The notes below the pieces were generated by a model. That model searched no databases and had not been told where the DNA came from. It saw only the letters and a list, made by a program, of their open reading frames with translations. DNA of 63,691 nt, filler included, from Dicyema japonicum (Eukaryota; Animalia; Dicyemida), in assembly GCA_011109175.1 (NCBI GenBank). It is 10 parts of 10 records of this genome, joined end to end, with 100 filler letters (N's around TTAATTAATTAA, not from the genome) between each part and the next. Parts side by side here need not be neighbours in the genome. Positions count along the whole stretch, not along the records: positions 1 to 7,662 come from RDEW01000043.1; positions 7,763 to 14,678 come from RDEW01000119.1; 8 more parts are not named here. The stretch is one strand, 5' to 3'. Every line of letters starts with the position of its first letter. The first letter of the stretch is position 1. Below, one piece after another: positions 1-12,088 of the stretch. The position numbers and the translations under genes are program-made.

Positions 1-2
1 TT

Positions 3-525
3 TATCAGACCGGTACTTCTACTCAAGTATACCAAATAAAAAACAAAATAAAGCTGATGATTAACAAGAAAGTAAGAAAATACGCGGACAAGTCCATGAG
101 GTGATATTCAGCTAATTTCAGATTGCTGGACACGAAGGAGTTTGACATTAATAAAAATGTCAAAAGTTTAGCAATCCGAGATGTTGACCTTAATTTGTTA
201 CTATAGATCTATGAGGCCACGTTCGATACTAAAGTGGAGGAACGTTGCAATAGCATGAATACGGGAGAACTATTTTCGTCAGTGATAAGCGATTTTCATG
301 ACACCAATCTCACTTTAAGCGAATCATCAGGATCATTGGATGAATTCAATCAGTGACCTCATAGTATTATTTAGAAGAAAGGAGATTTCAGAGCTGAGTA
401 AAATTGTGGATTGGGACGAACTCACAAAAGAAGGAAAAGTAATAGAATCGGTAACAAAAACTATTCATAATTCAGAAATCACTACCTGCAGAAAAAACCA
501 CGTGGACGAACTACAAAGTAAATGA
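3..525 (+). CDS. 5'-partial spliced host gene of unknown function; introns 101-121 (21 nt), 183-206 (24 nt), 353-374 (22 nt)
   Basis: Removing three GT..AG micro-introns gives one open frame from base 3 (YQTGTSTQ...KSMR/LLDTKEF...IRD/IYEATF...EFNQ/RKEISELSKIVDW...DELQSK*). The stop is followed closely by AATAAA. Further in-frame introns (e.g. near 27-53, 72-92) are possible. Confidence 0.6.
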
Positions 526-849
526 TGAATAAAAATAACTTTATGGGCAAACTAAAACCATTTAATATTTTGTTAAGACGTCTTCTCGTAAAAGTCACAC
601 AGTGGAGTTTCTTAATAGAAAAATCAAGGGCTAAGTTTAATGGTAGTTGAAATAAACTATCTGGTAGTTGTTTGGTAAGGAGGAGAGATTGGGTTTGTTC
701 GCAACAATAGTAGAAAGCTTTTTCCATGAGCAGGTGGACCACATGAAAAATTCAATATCGATTTCTGCGTCACACGAAATGTACCTGATGGATCTCTGGG
801 AGCATCAGCTTTTGGCAGATGCCCGCGCAAATCGATAACTTGAGCAGAT

Positions 850-1100
850 CCGCGCTCGAGAAAGTACCCAAGCAAGTTGAAACTCAATCAAGACACCTCC
901 CATGACTCTACGGTATGGTCGTTACGCCATTCGATCTCTTGCCATCACCTCTGTCAAGTCCAAAGGGTTCAAGAAAGCAAATAAAACCGACGTCTTTGAT
1001 AACCACCGTTGATATTTTAATTCCATCAAATGAAGTGCCCCTATTCGGTTTAGATGAGCGACGTACCTCTATTCAAAGAATGTCTATTAAGCTTCATGAT
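850..1100 (-). mobile_element. Degenerate CRE-clade non-LTR RLE endonuclease fragment
   Basis: Minus-strand translation FLEPFGLDRGDGKRSNGVTTIP*SHGRCL matches the motif in the better copy at 12.8 kb (LEPVGLDRGDGKRPDGMTIFPYSSGRAL). Confidence 0.55.
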
Positions 1101-1980
1101 AGATGTAAGCTTTTTGTCTTCCCGTGAGCATAGAAAAAATTACAGACTCAGAAGACATCAAAAAACCGAAGTTTTTAGCAAAAGAAGCGTCGGGTGCATA
1201 GAGAATCTTATCCCTTCTAGCCAAAAATTGAAAAAAAAAAACTTGGAGAAACGTTTATAAAATGATGGTTAATATGACTCTGTATGTTGCTAAGGGTGGT
1301 GGTTGCTACTCTGTGAAACATCTAAATAGGTCAGAATGTCTGGACTTTGGTAATGTCATACAACCGTGAATGCTTCAAGAATTCAGTTATTCAAGACTAG
1401 ATGTTTTGACGGCAATACTAATGAACAAATGACCGAATATTGATTAAAAAGAGAACAATCGACAATTTTGTGCATTAAAGATGATTTTCTATTATTGTAG
1501 CTACGGATAGCTTTGTGGTTAAAATGTAGTATAACAGTGGCCTAGGTTCGGTTCCCGTCTGCTGGATACATTTGGCTGGTTCTTTTTCTATGTTCTGTCC
1601 CCTTCTTCCCTCGTTCAATTAGAGTAGTGCCATGCGATCTACACGGTAAGCGTTTTATCATAAAATTTACAAATACTAAAAAACATTGAACAGCTATATT
1701 ATTAGTTAAATCAAATTTATTTTATTGTTCCAATTTTTCGTCAATAATGTCACTAATAAACATGTAGAGCATAATGAATCCAAAGGCTGCCACAAATAGA
1801 AAGTTATTGATCGTGTTCAACTGAAGTTCGTTAATCATCTAAGAATAACAACAAAAAATAACACAACACTGATAATTTTTAAACTTTAATTATTTTATTA
1901 TTAAAATATTTTTTAATAATAATAATTTAATGAAAGAAAATCAACTCTAAGTAATTAAATTAAATTAACACTAATAAAAT

Positions 1981-3993
1981 GGGATTCTCTCCGAGAATCA
2001 GTTGGGAACTGTTCGAAATTGTCAGGGGGCAAAAGAGCAGGCTTTGATCAACAAATGCCTTTCTGTGTCTCACGGAAACTCACTTTTGTCTATGTGGGTG
2101 GATGTGAAGAAGGCTTACGATTCAGTTGATCATTCTTACCTTGTCGAGTGCCTACACAGTCTGTGTATGCCTGTGTGGTTCATCAGCTTTGTAGTGGCTG
2201 TGATGAATAGGTGGAGTATTCATCTGAACTATAATAGGCACCGGATAGGCGAGGTAAAACTCAAGAGGGGGATCCTTCAGGGGATAGCATGTCTCCGCTA
2301 CTCTTTGTTCTCTGTTTGGAGCCATTGAGTCGCCGCCTCAATGACCGGTTTGAGCAAATACCAGTTCATTGTGAAGGGGTCTGTTTCAGTACAAATCACC
2401 TTCTTTTTATCGATGACTGAAGATGTATGCTCGAACAGCCGAGGAGCTCTACTCCATGGGGGTCTGTGCCAGGGAATTCTTTGAGAGTATAGGGCTAGAT
2501 TTGAATTATTCAAAGTCTGCGACTAACACGCAAGTATGTAGCGAGTTAGTAAGAGTCCTAGAGGAACACGAAGGATATAAGTATCTGGGTGTTACCGAAT
2601 CTCCAAAGTCCCTTATAATGCCTGAGACAAAGCGACAAATTACTGAAGGCATCCGTAAAAGAGCAGCGTTATTGTGTAAGACGTCTCTAAATGCAAGGAA
2701 TTTGTTCCTAGCATTAAATGAGTATGCTGTCTCGCTGCTAAACTACTACATAGGTGTTGTGGAGTTTGAGCCCAAAGAGTATGATGAGATGGATGTTATG
2801 ATCCGTGGAGTACTCAGAGAGAACCATGTCCATGTGTGGCAGCCAATAAGGAGAGACTATATTTACCCCGTGATAAATTCGGCCGTGGACTGTGTGGAGT
2901 AGTCCAACTAAGTGAGCGTATCCTAATGCGAATGCACGACACCCTGATAGCTGGGTCAAGTGTGTCTGCTAGGAAGCACGCCATAATAACGACCGAGAAA
3001 ACACGGGCAACCCACCTAGGCACTATCAGACCTTTTTTGTCTGCTAAGTATGGTGTTGATGATGGTGGGCTAGTAAATGTGAAGGCGTTGATCGAATTAC
3101 AATATAATAATTTGATGGAAAAGATCAACTTAAAAAGCCTTCATAAGGTCCTCTTCAGAGCATTGGACAACCCACATGTCGACCTTAAGTCGTCGACAAT
3201 ATGGCTAAAATACGGTGACAACTCACCTCGATCGGAGGCGTTGTACACGTATATGCAAGACCGCAATATTTTTTGGGGTCGATCAACAAATACATGTCCC
3301 CACTGTAAGTCAAGGAGCATGTCGGTTGATCATTTAGCCACTCGATGTGGATCCATGCTCTGCCACGACTATGTGTGGAGGCACAACGAGGTAGTAAGGA
3401 GTCTTCATCTTCTACTATGCAATAAGTATGGTATTCGCCACACCAGAAAGTTGCGGACTCATAAGGTGCAATCTGTAGTAAAGAACACCAGGGTCCAAAT
3501 TAAGGTAGACAGTGTTATCCGTACCTCGGTGCTAGTCAAGCACAATAAACCGGACATTGTGGTGCACGATAAGGAGTCTGGCCAAGTCCTTATCATAGAT
3601 GTTGGCATCACGTCTCAAGATTGTTTGCACACTTTGGAGGTAGAGAAAAAAAGGAAGTATGACTTTCTTGCAAACGAGATGGGGCAGATGCTTGGTTGCA
3701 AGGTCCTCGTTATTCCTATAGTAATGACGTGGGAAGGAATTGCAACAAAGTACCACAAGGGTTATCTGAAGCAGTTGGGGGTAGATAGGAAGCTCCAGGC
3801 CTATCTACAGTCCACTGTATTAAAGCGGACCATAGGGAGCCTGACTCTGAAGAATAGAAGGCAGAGCCCGGAGATGCCATATGGGCAGAGGGTTAAATTG
3901 GACAGGCGCTCTCGGAGATGTTTTAGCAACCAGAATCGAACCTGCCTAAGGAGGCTGGCGAACAGGCAGGCGAGGAAGGTTGTTGATTATTAA
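1981..3993 (+). mobile_element. 5'-truncated R4/Dong-like non-LTR retrotransposon (RT + zinc knuckle + RLE), frameshifted
   Basis: NQLGTVRNCQGAKEQALIN, WVDVKKAYDSVDH, RGILQG(D)S, HLLFIDD, YKYLG, CPHC..DHLATRC, RHNEVV, NKPDIVV, IIDVGIT, EKKRKYD. Three apparent 1-nt deletions near 2283, 2418 and 2833. Confidence 0.9.
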
Positions 3994-4018
3994 ATATATT
4001 AACTTTTTTTTATGTTTG

Positions 4019-4490
4019 TTAAATTAAATATATATTATATTTAACATTTTCATCATTAAAGTTTCTATCCTTTTCGAGCATTTTATTTAACATGGATAAC
4101 TTTCTACCAAAATAGTTGTTCCATGATACTTCAATAAGTTTGCAAAAATTTCTGAACCAAACTTTAATGGCATTTACCTGTCTTTTTTCAAGATAAAAAT
4201 TGGTATCACACGGATCCTGTTCAAATTTGATTGAATCTAAATATTTTATTGCGTCCATAATGGTAAAAAATTGTCTTGGAATTTTCTTATTTCCGGAATA
4301 ATTGGATGGTAGGCAGAAATCAAATCTGCCAAATTTTTCTTCAAATTATATTGAGGTTTTAGCGTTTTTTTCCACAATTTTTTATTTTCTGAAAGAGTTG
4401 GCAATATCAGGTATTTGTACTATATTCTTGGTATGATAATTAGCAGCATTCAACCAACTTCCCAGTCTTGTATGGAAATACAATCCAATC
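4019..4490 (-). mobile_element. hAT transposase C-terminal fragment, paralogue of 9265-9849
   Basis: TRLGSWLNAANYH...DPCD..YLEKR...SMLNKMLEKDRNFNDENVK aligns by eye with the 9265-9849 ORF. Confidence 0.75.
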
Positions 4491-4493
4491 TCT

Positions 4494-5460
4494 TCAATAG
4501 TTCTTCATAGATGATAATGTTTTTCGGCGGAGATAGTCACTGTTCAGCATTCGACCACACCTTGTAGCCAAATGATCAACACTTTTTAGCAGTGCTACAG
4601 TGACCACAATTAGAGTCAATACTATAAAGAATAAATTACGATCTTGAGTGAGGCACAACATTCCTTTGAATTTGGGTGAATTGTTTCCGTGGAAAAGCCA
4701 ACGGGAAGATTCTGTTATATCAACAGTGTTATCATCAAGACAGTTGAAAAGTATTCCATGCAATGGTTTTGCACGCATTTGTTCCAATAAACATTTTTTC
4801 TGTAGTTCTTTCAGTGTGTACATTTGAGAATTTCGGGTTCTTGAATTTATATTTCGGTTGAGGAATTCTATGATTGTGGACATATTCTTTGATTTGATGG
4901 CACGTATAATTCCTGCATTTCACAGACAATAGCATGATTTCTTTTCAACATTCCATTTGGGAATTGGAGCAGCATGCGTTCACTTTGTGTAATGGAGACT
5001 ATCCATGTCGAAGACAAATTGTTCCTATTCTTTTTAGTTATACACTGGTTAAAGATTGCCTGTTTCATGCATGTAATCGGCCTCAAGTCATTCGGGGATT
5101 GACATATATCTCTTATCGGGATAAGATATGTAATCCTTTGTGTAAAACCACTCATTAGGGTATAATCACCATATATAGAAGTTGTACACCCCATCACACC
5201 CACTGGCTTTCCAATTAGGGAGGAGTTAAATTATTTCAAAGATATCTTCTCTCTTGCAGTCTACAAATGTGTCTTCTACTCCAGTAACTCTTCTACTCAT
5301 CGGATATGTGTTCTCCTTGATATCATGATCCTTCCAAATATTTTCCCAAAATGCTAAACATTCACTGTGGCGCTCCATGCAGGTTACACCAATTTTAGAC
5401 GTTACACTTTGACCTAGTGGCATGACAGTTGATTTTGACAGGTGACGTTTCATAAAAATC
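4494..5460 (-). mobile_element. Internally deleted R4/Dong-like element
   Basis: CLAFWENIWK; ITYLIP...DLRPITCM; KPLHGILF...QDRNLFF...VDHLATRCG..DYLRR. Confidence 0.8.
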
Positions 5461-5589
5461 GAAATCTCAATTTCAAATATCGCGCATTAATTAAGTGTTA
5501 GATAAAACGCAACATAGTAATTGTTCAAAATGAAACTATAATTTATTATTTTATATAAACTTATAAAAAGAAAAATAAATATTATAAAA

Positions 5590-6070
5590 ATAGAAATTAT
5601 TCATTAAAACCCCTATCTTAACCTTAATCCAACCATACCCTCACCATGTGGTGTTGCGTGGTTAATTGGTTGAAGTTTTCTGCTAGTTTGTCTGTTCCTC
5701 CTGTCTCTTCCTATTAGAATGGCGTCATGTGATCCACCTGTCTAGGTGACGGCCAGTGCCAGGCCGGCACAAAAAAGGATCATTTGCTCTCCCCCACTCT
5801 ACTGGAGGGGTTTCCACAGCTGCATGTAATGGACGTCTTACCTTTTATGCTGATTCCGGATGGACTTCGTTTCCGTACAAGTGGAAACTGGATACACTTA
5901 ATTAGTTGGTTACTTTAACTTCTTTCTCGTGTATCCGGGGTTAATAAATAATAAATACCCTCACCCCTAAATTAACCAATTATATCATAACCCTAACCAT
6001 TTACTAATCCAAATCATAACCTAATCCTAACCATTTCCTAACCCTACCACTACCTTAACCGTAATTATAT
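5590..6070 (+). repeat. Unclassified dispersed repeat flanked by degenerate TAACC/CCTAAC runs
   Basis: Block AAAAAGGATCATTT.CTCT.CCCCACTC.ACTGGA..GGTTT..ACA.CTGCA (about 5770-5825) recurs at 52812-52866. 5700-5740 resembles 1590-1640. Confidence 0.45.
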
Positions 6071-6429
6071 CTATTAAGCTCTATTAACATAAGTGTCCAA
6101 TGAGAAGAGCTGTTCAGGATTCTCGACCCCTCCGGACTCGTCCTCACCTTTGTCGGTCTGGGATCACTTAGTTAGATAAGAACTTTTATTTCTTTCTTTT
6201 TGACCCAGTGATCCTGGGGTAATAATAAAAATAATAACATAGGAGTTTAACCTCATTTTATAGTTTATTTAACCTTACAAATCAGGGGTTGCCTTATTTT
6301 TGAATTTTTATGAAAAAAAGTAACCACAACATGATGACAAAATTACAAAACAGAAAGGCGTAAAATTTTTAACTCGAGATTAATTTGTGATATCAACACA
6401 TCTTTTTCGCATTCACAATTCTTCACTTT

Positions 6430-7290
6430 TATATATTCTTTTACTTCCATGAAATAGATAAAAATGAATTTTTTGTGTAAGAATGCAAGCTTTTATTATA
6501 ATTATACACTACCAAGTCCAAACATGAAATCATTCTTTATTTTGTTGTATGAAAAGTTTTTTGTAACCAACGAGTCAGCGTTTAGTTACAACGTTCTACT
6601 TGGCCCTGGGATTGAGGATGCCTTGGACGACTAAACTTTTGTAAAATGTTAAATTCTTTGCATAAAGAATGTACTAGTTCATTTTTAAACTCTTTCCCAT
6701 TGTCAGATTGTAAAATCTGAGGAGGTCCAAAACAATAAAAGATAGATCTTAAAAATGAACAAATCACAGTTGCTTCTTTTGAGACGATCGCTTTTGCAAA
6801 ACAAAATTTGGAACATTCGTCTATGAGATTAAATATATATTTAAAGCCATCATTGGCCTGGGTCCATCGACTTAAATCCACCAATCTTTTTCGAGGAAAC
6901 TTTGCTTTAATGTGAATTATAGGAATTTGAGCTTGTAAAGGTTGCCTTCGTGCACATGCTGTGCATTCGGAACATACATCACGTATAATGGATCTTTTGA
7001 TGGTGAAATAATAATTGTCGCAAAATTCCTTCAGTTTATTGATTCCATAATGAGTGGTCAAATGCTGTTTCATGCATTCTATCTTCATAGTTTGAATATC
7101 GTCCTGAGCAATAACACGTTTATGAGCCTCATCATTTGTAAAGAGTTTAGAATCTTCCAACAAGAAAAAATTGGCTTTCTTAATAAACCGAAATTATTGC
7201 ATTCGTGTAAAATTATGGTTGATGATCTTGTAGATATGAAGCAATATCATTGTACTCTTGGCTATTCCTGATCATACTTTTAATATGCAT
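6430..7290 (-). mobile_element. Ginger/GIN-like (KRBA2/SCAND3-type) integrase with a nonsense mutation
   Basis: H..H..C..C zinc finger, LVDLS, QSDNGKEF, HPQSQGQVERCN*. Homology continues past the stop (TLTRWLQK...VVYNYN...LFHG). No RT or RNase H nearby. Confidence 0.8.
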
Positions 7291-7469
7291 TTTTCTAACA
7301 AGAATAATTCAATTTACGAAGAAATAGTGAATTAATTGTGGTTAATTGATTTTAGATGTCAATATCCAAAAAAATCCAAGGTCAAAGTGTGACGCCTAAA
7401 ATTGATGTAACCTGCTTGGAGCGCGACATTCACTTTCATTAAAACAGAATATGGCATCCCTATGGTTTC

Positions 7470-7662
7470 TCCATTTAACTTTCTGTAAAAAATCCTCCGA
7501 TTGAGTTCGAAACACCAATTTTGTTTCCTGAATTCCTTCCGGGATTCATGTACTCTGAGTTTTTCTCCACTATCTTTATCTCATCTTGAATGCAACTAAT
7601 TATTCTCCCCAATTCACCCTTCTTCGACTTTCGATATCCATATTGGCACATTGTATCCCTCG
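7470..7662 (-). mobile_element. R4-like pre-RT fragment
   Basis: KEFRKQNWCFELNRRIFYRKL resembles the region upstream of RT in this family (recalled motif). Confidence 0.4.
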
Positions 7663-7762
7663 NNNNNNNNNNNNNNNNNNNNNNNNNNNNNNNNNNNNNN
7701 NNNNNNTTAATTAATTAANNNNNNNNNNNNNNNNNNNNNNNNNNNNNNNNNNNNNNNNNNNN
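7663..7762. other. Assembly linker gap: 44 N + TTAATTAATTAA + 44 N; also at 14679, 16359, 27806, 30213, 36025, 42254, 48813, 59119
   Basis: Nine identical 100-bp constructs. The 12-mer has stops in all six frames. Confidence 0.95.
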
Positions 7763-7899
7763 GTATAAATTTGCGCTAACGTAAGCTTGTTCGACAATTT
7801 ATTAAATTTAGGGCTCTCCATTAATTTAAATATTGCAAATTTATTTATTTTTAAATTTATAATAAATTTAATTATTCAATTTTAGATAATCTCGAATGG

Positions 7900-8774
7900 T
7901 GAACTCCTTCGATTATCTCTCCATCTTCACTTTGGATCTTATATGTATTGTTTCTTTCTTCCAAAACTCGGAATTTTCTTATTTCGACTCCATCGAATAA
8001 AGGAAATTTTCGAATGTTTGCATCGTTATCTTGTCTTGAAATTACATTAAGAAAAAATTCAACCTTAATAGTACCTGGGCTCCAATTTCAATGGATTCTT
8101 CGTCAAATCTCCACTTTCTTCGTTGCAACATTTTTTCTCCATCATTTATTATATTCAGGTATGCTTGTTCGCGGGCCTCATTGAGGTCCTCATCATATAA
8201 AAGTAAGCTTTCCATTGTGTCATTTTCAATATTCGTACACAACGAGAAATTACACGCTGTATCTCTTCCCTCGTGACTCCATAAATCAACCTTCTCAGCT
8301 TTGAGAATAACCGGTCCCGTCCAAAGTGATTAAGATTATGTTCCGCCTAAATTATATTGGGATAAATTCTACTTCAATAAATTTGAGCTTCAGCTCCATT
8401 TCATCTTCGCAGAAAAAACGCAATTTTAGACCAGTTCTATTGTAGAATACAACTCCATTTTCGAATATAACAGATTCAGATAGTTTCCTGATTCTGAACC
8501 TCTCGAAGCGGCTCATACTATCAGGAAATCCAATTTCTGAATTTTCTTCTTTGATATTTTGTATAATACTGAGAATTTCTTTAGTTAGTCTCACTATCCG
8601 CATACTTGCACGCTTCCTTATTTAAACTTAAAAAGACGGATTTTATTAAAATTAATAACTAATTAATCATTTCCAATGACGATTTGTATTAATTTATCTT
8701 TTTTTCGATATGATTTTTTGTCAATTTGATGTTGGCGTTAAGTTATCGGCGTGTTTGTTTATCGGACTGTGACA
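7900..8774 (-). mobile_element. Internally deleted Ginger-like element with a TGT-starting terminus
   Basis: Minus strand starts TGTCACAGTCCGATAAAC at 8774, 170 bp upstream of ORF MRIVRLTKEIL. A C-terminal-type segment (IEIGAQVLLRL) follows, but there is no rve core. Confidence 0.5.
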
Positions 8775-9253
8775 TGGGATTAGTTTGATATTATTGTAGT
8801 TCTCTTTTTAATAATAGTGGTCGGATTTATACTAATGTAGTTGAACTCAATTTATATTATGCTGGATTTCATTTATTTTTATTAAACTCAACCTAAAAAA
8901 CTCTGTTATACATGTCTTGTCAGGTTTAAATCGAATGCAGGCGATTCCAAGGGTACATTGTAGGTAGAATGAATTCATTTCTCTGATATCAATAAATTCT
9001 AGTCAATTTTTTAAAGAAGCTCAAAAATGGTGAAACAGCNNNNNNNNNNNNNNNNNNNNNNNNNNNNNNNNNNNNNNNNNNNNNNNNNNNNNNNNNNNNN
9101 NNNNNNNNNNNNNNNNNNNNNNNNNNNNNNNNNNNNNNNNNNNNNNNNNNNNNNNNNNNNNNNNNNNNNNNNNNNNNNNNNNNNNNNNNNNNNNNNNNNN
9201 NNNNNNNNNNNNNNNNNNNNNNNNNNNNNNNNNNNNNNNNNNNNNNNNNNNNN

Positions 9254-10084
9254 TAATATCATCGGTGAAGATGGTGACGCTTAAAAATAAAAGTCATCAA
9301 AAGCTCTTTTCAGAATTTGGTCTACCTCCAGATGTTGTTGTCACAAGATGGGGCAGCTGGCTTAATGCTGCAACATATTATTCAAAACATTTAAACAAAA
9401 TCAGAAAGATAGTTTCCTCTTTACCGAATTCTGGAAAAATTGTATTGAATGCAAAGAAGGCGATATATTCTGATTCATTGGAGCGGAACCTAGCAAACAT
9501 AGCATCTTACAACTGTCTAAGTGAAGGAATAAAGAAATGTGAAGATACTTTTTATTCTGTTAAAGATGCAATCCAATGTATTAATTCGATTGACTTTGGG
9601 GAAGATCCATGTGAGATTGCACAATATTTAAAAAAAAGAACAAATTCAATGCCATGGAATAGCATTCAAGAAGCCAATTTGGGAGATTTTCCTCCTGAAT
9701 TATTTGCATATTTATGGAAATGTCCTGGAACCACATTATCTGTTGAAAGAAGTTTCTCAATGCTAAATAAACTTTTAGCGAAAGACAGAAACTTCAAGGA
9801 TGAAAATATTAAACAATATTTAATTTGTTATTTTAATAAATTTATCTAGCCACATTATCTGTTGAAAGAAGTTTCTCAATGCTAAATAAACTTTTAGCGA
9901 AAGACAGAAACTTCAAGGATGAAAATATTAAACAATATTTAATGTGTTATTTTAATAAATTTATCTAGTCATAAAGTCATATTTTCTTGCGAATAAGGTC
10001 ATATTTTCTGATTTTAAGGTCATAAAAGTCATATTTTTAAGGTCATATTTGAATCATTTTAAGGTCATATTTTTGGTTGCCCTA
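9254..10084 (+). mobile_element. hAT transposon 3' half with right end
   Basis: LPPDVVVTRWGSWLNAA and CPGTTLSVERSFS (dimerisation motif). Subterminal (A/G)GTCATAT repeats 9975-10072, end GGTTGCCCTA. 9730-9849 is duplicated at 9850-9968. Confidence 0.8.
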
Positions 10085-10659
10085 GTAATTATCATTGATC
10101 ATAAAGATAATATGTTTTAAATGCATCCTTTGATGAAAGGTTTAAATTAAAATAAAAGTAATTCGGTACAAAAAATAGATTATTAATGACAAGGAGATTA
10201 AAAATTAATATTTTACAGCAATTGAATCAAATTTTGATCAAAACGAAAAATACGAGAAAATCAAGTCAAATTATAAAATATCAATAAAAATGAGTGAATA
10301 TAGTATAAATGGGAAAGATAATATCTAAATAGATGCATTCAATTGAAATTATTAATACAATGGACACCAATTAACTTGTAAAATAACTTTTTTCAAGATA
10401 TTCTACATGTACCCAATATTTAATCTGCAATCAAATGCATATACACAATTTTTAGAAAAATGTTGAATAAAAATAATAATAACAGCGTTAGAAAACAGCA
10501 ACATACAACAACAAAACAGAGTCCAAGACACGCAGATGAAAATAATTCGATATTTTTATTTATTCAAAAAATTAATATTTATAGAAAATATATAAGTTAA
10601 AATTCAATTATTGATTATATAACTCGATCTCTGAATAACTTTTAAAATAAGAGCTGAAA

Positions 10660-10780
10660 AATCTACGCTCCCGTTCGGACCAACTTGCTCGAGCAGCCTT
10701 GGACACCGCTTGCCAGCCCATTCTGGTGATTGGCTTAGTGTTGTCCTTTGGACCTCCACCGGATCTTTTTTAGAATCTGT
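10660..10780 (+). mobile_element. CRE-like fragment
   Basis: LDTACQPHSGDWLSVV resembles RAASVLHSGSWLNALP at 12.56 kb. Confidence 0.45.
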
Positions 10781-11219
10781 CAGATCGGGATTTTCCTCCG
10801 TTTGTGTCTTGAATGGGCTAGCCTCGTGTTTGTTTATTTGATTTGTTGTGTGAAAAGTTGAGTGGAGGTAGATTAACTTTTCTTAAGGAAAAACTTGGTA
10901 AGAATGTTGGTCTTTAGTCATCACTTCCTAACAGTCTTTCTTTTCTAGGTCGTTATTTCTTTTTAGATCGAGTTCCTGGCGAAATTAACTCATTTCAAAA
11001 CCCATTGCGTACACTTCCCAAAATTTGTTTAGGGTTAAGTGACGTCAAAACCCATCGGATATTTAATAAACGACCGATCCACTCCAATTATTAGTGACTA
11101 TCTGAATACTCATTATGACGGTAAGACTCAAGCTTTGGTCAATAGCGTGGGTTTCATCTTAGTCAACCATTATAATGAACACCTTTTTGAGTTGAACAAG
11201 AATTTAATAGTCCTTTGCG

Positions 11220-11244
11220 CAGGGGTGGCCAACCAGTCGATCGC
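11220..11244 (+). mobile_element. hAT (Charlie/SPIN-type) terminal inverted repeat remnant
   Basis: CAGGGGTGGCCAACCAGTCGATCGC fits the CAG(G/T)GGT..CAA terminus of Buster-group hATs. Confidence 0.5.
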
Positions 11245-11484
11245 TTTCAATAATTTTTTATTTTGATTGATTCGTATCAACGAATTCTTTCATGCTTTGG
11301 AACCACATATTTATCCGAAACATCATTTTCAAGCATGAAAATGATAAAATCTCAATACAGGACCTGTTTAACGGATAACCAACCATCTTGGGGATTGCCA
11401 GAATTCGAAATAATCGCAAGAAAATGACAATGCCAAAAATCCCATTAACTTTTAATTATTAGATAAAAAATTTTTATTAAAATA

Positions 11485-11921
11485 CACTAGGTGCAAAAAA
11501 AACCGTTTTTTTAATACGGCATATTTTGCAAAAATAACCGAGATTTTTCTTTGTCGATATCGAAAGGGATCATTAAATTAACTCTAAATCAATTTTGTTA
11601 AGGTTCGGAGAGACCAAAAATTCTTAATAAGGACGATATCTCTATTTTACTCAACCTGGTCAAAGAGAACCCCCCAAAACAGCCGATTGCTTAAGGAATG
11701 ATCTACGTAAAAGAACCGGCAAGACAGTCGGTAAAAGATCCATCGCAAATTATTTAAGAAGAAAGCAAATATATGCTCGTGTATGTAAAAAAAACCATTT
11801 TTGAGCAAAATAAATAGTGAAAAACGCTATAACTTGTCAAAGCATTTCATTACTGTGCCAAACACTGAATGGATGAGGACAATTTTCAGTGACGAATGTA
11901 GTTTCGAGGTTTTTAATATTA
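11485..11921 (+). mobile_element. Tc1/mariner 5' half, frameshifted, running into a gap
   Basis: TA followed by CACTAGGTGCAAAAA. HTH region then LSKINSEKRY...WMRTIFSDECSFEVF (first catalytic D). Confidence 0.8.
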
Positions 11922-12088
11922 NNNNNNNNNNNNNNNNNNNNNNNNNNNNNNNNNNNNNNNNNNNNNNNNNNNNNNNNNNNNNNNNNNNNNNNNNNNNNNN
12001 NNNNNNNNNNNNNNNNNNNNNNNNNNNNNNNNNNNNNNNNNNNNNNNNNNNNNNNNNNNNNNNNNNNNNNNNNNNNNNNNNNNNNNNN

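Noticed and set aside
657-887. P-loop-like GPPAHGKS in a 76-aa minus ORF
   Set aside because: No Walker B or other NTPase context, and the ORF overlaps a decayed CRE fragment; probably chance.
7707-7718. Repeated palindromic TTAATTAATTAA as a biological motif
   Set aside because: Always centred in 44+44 Ns; an assembly linker.
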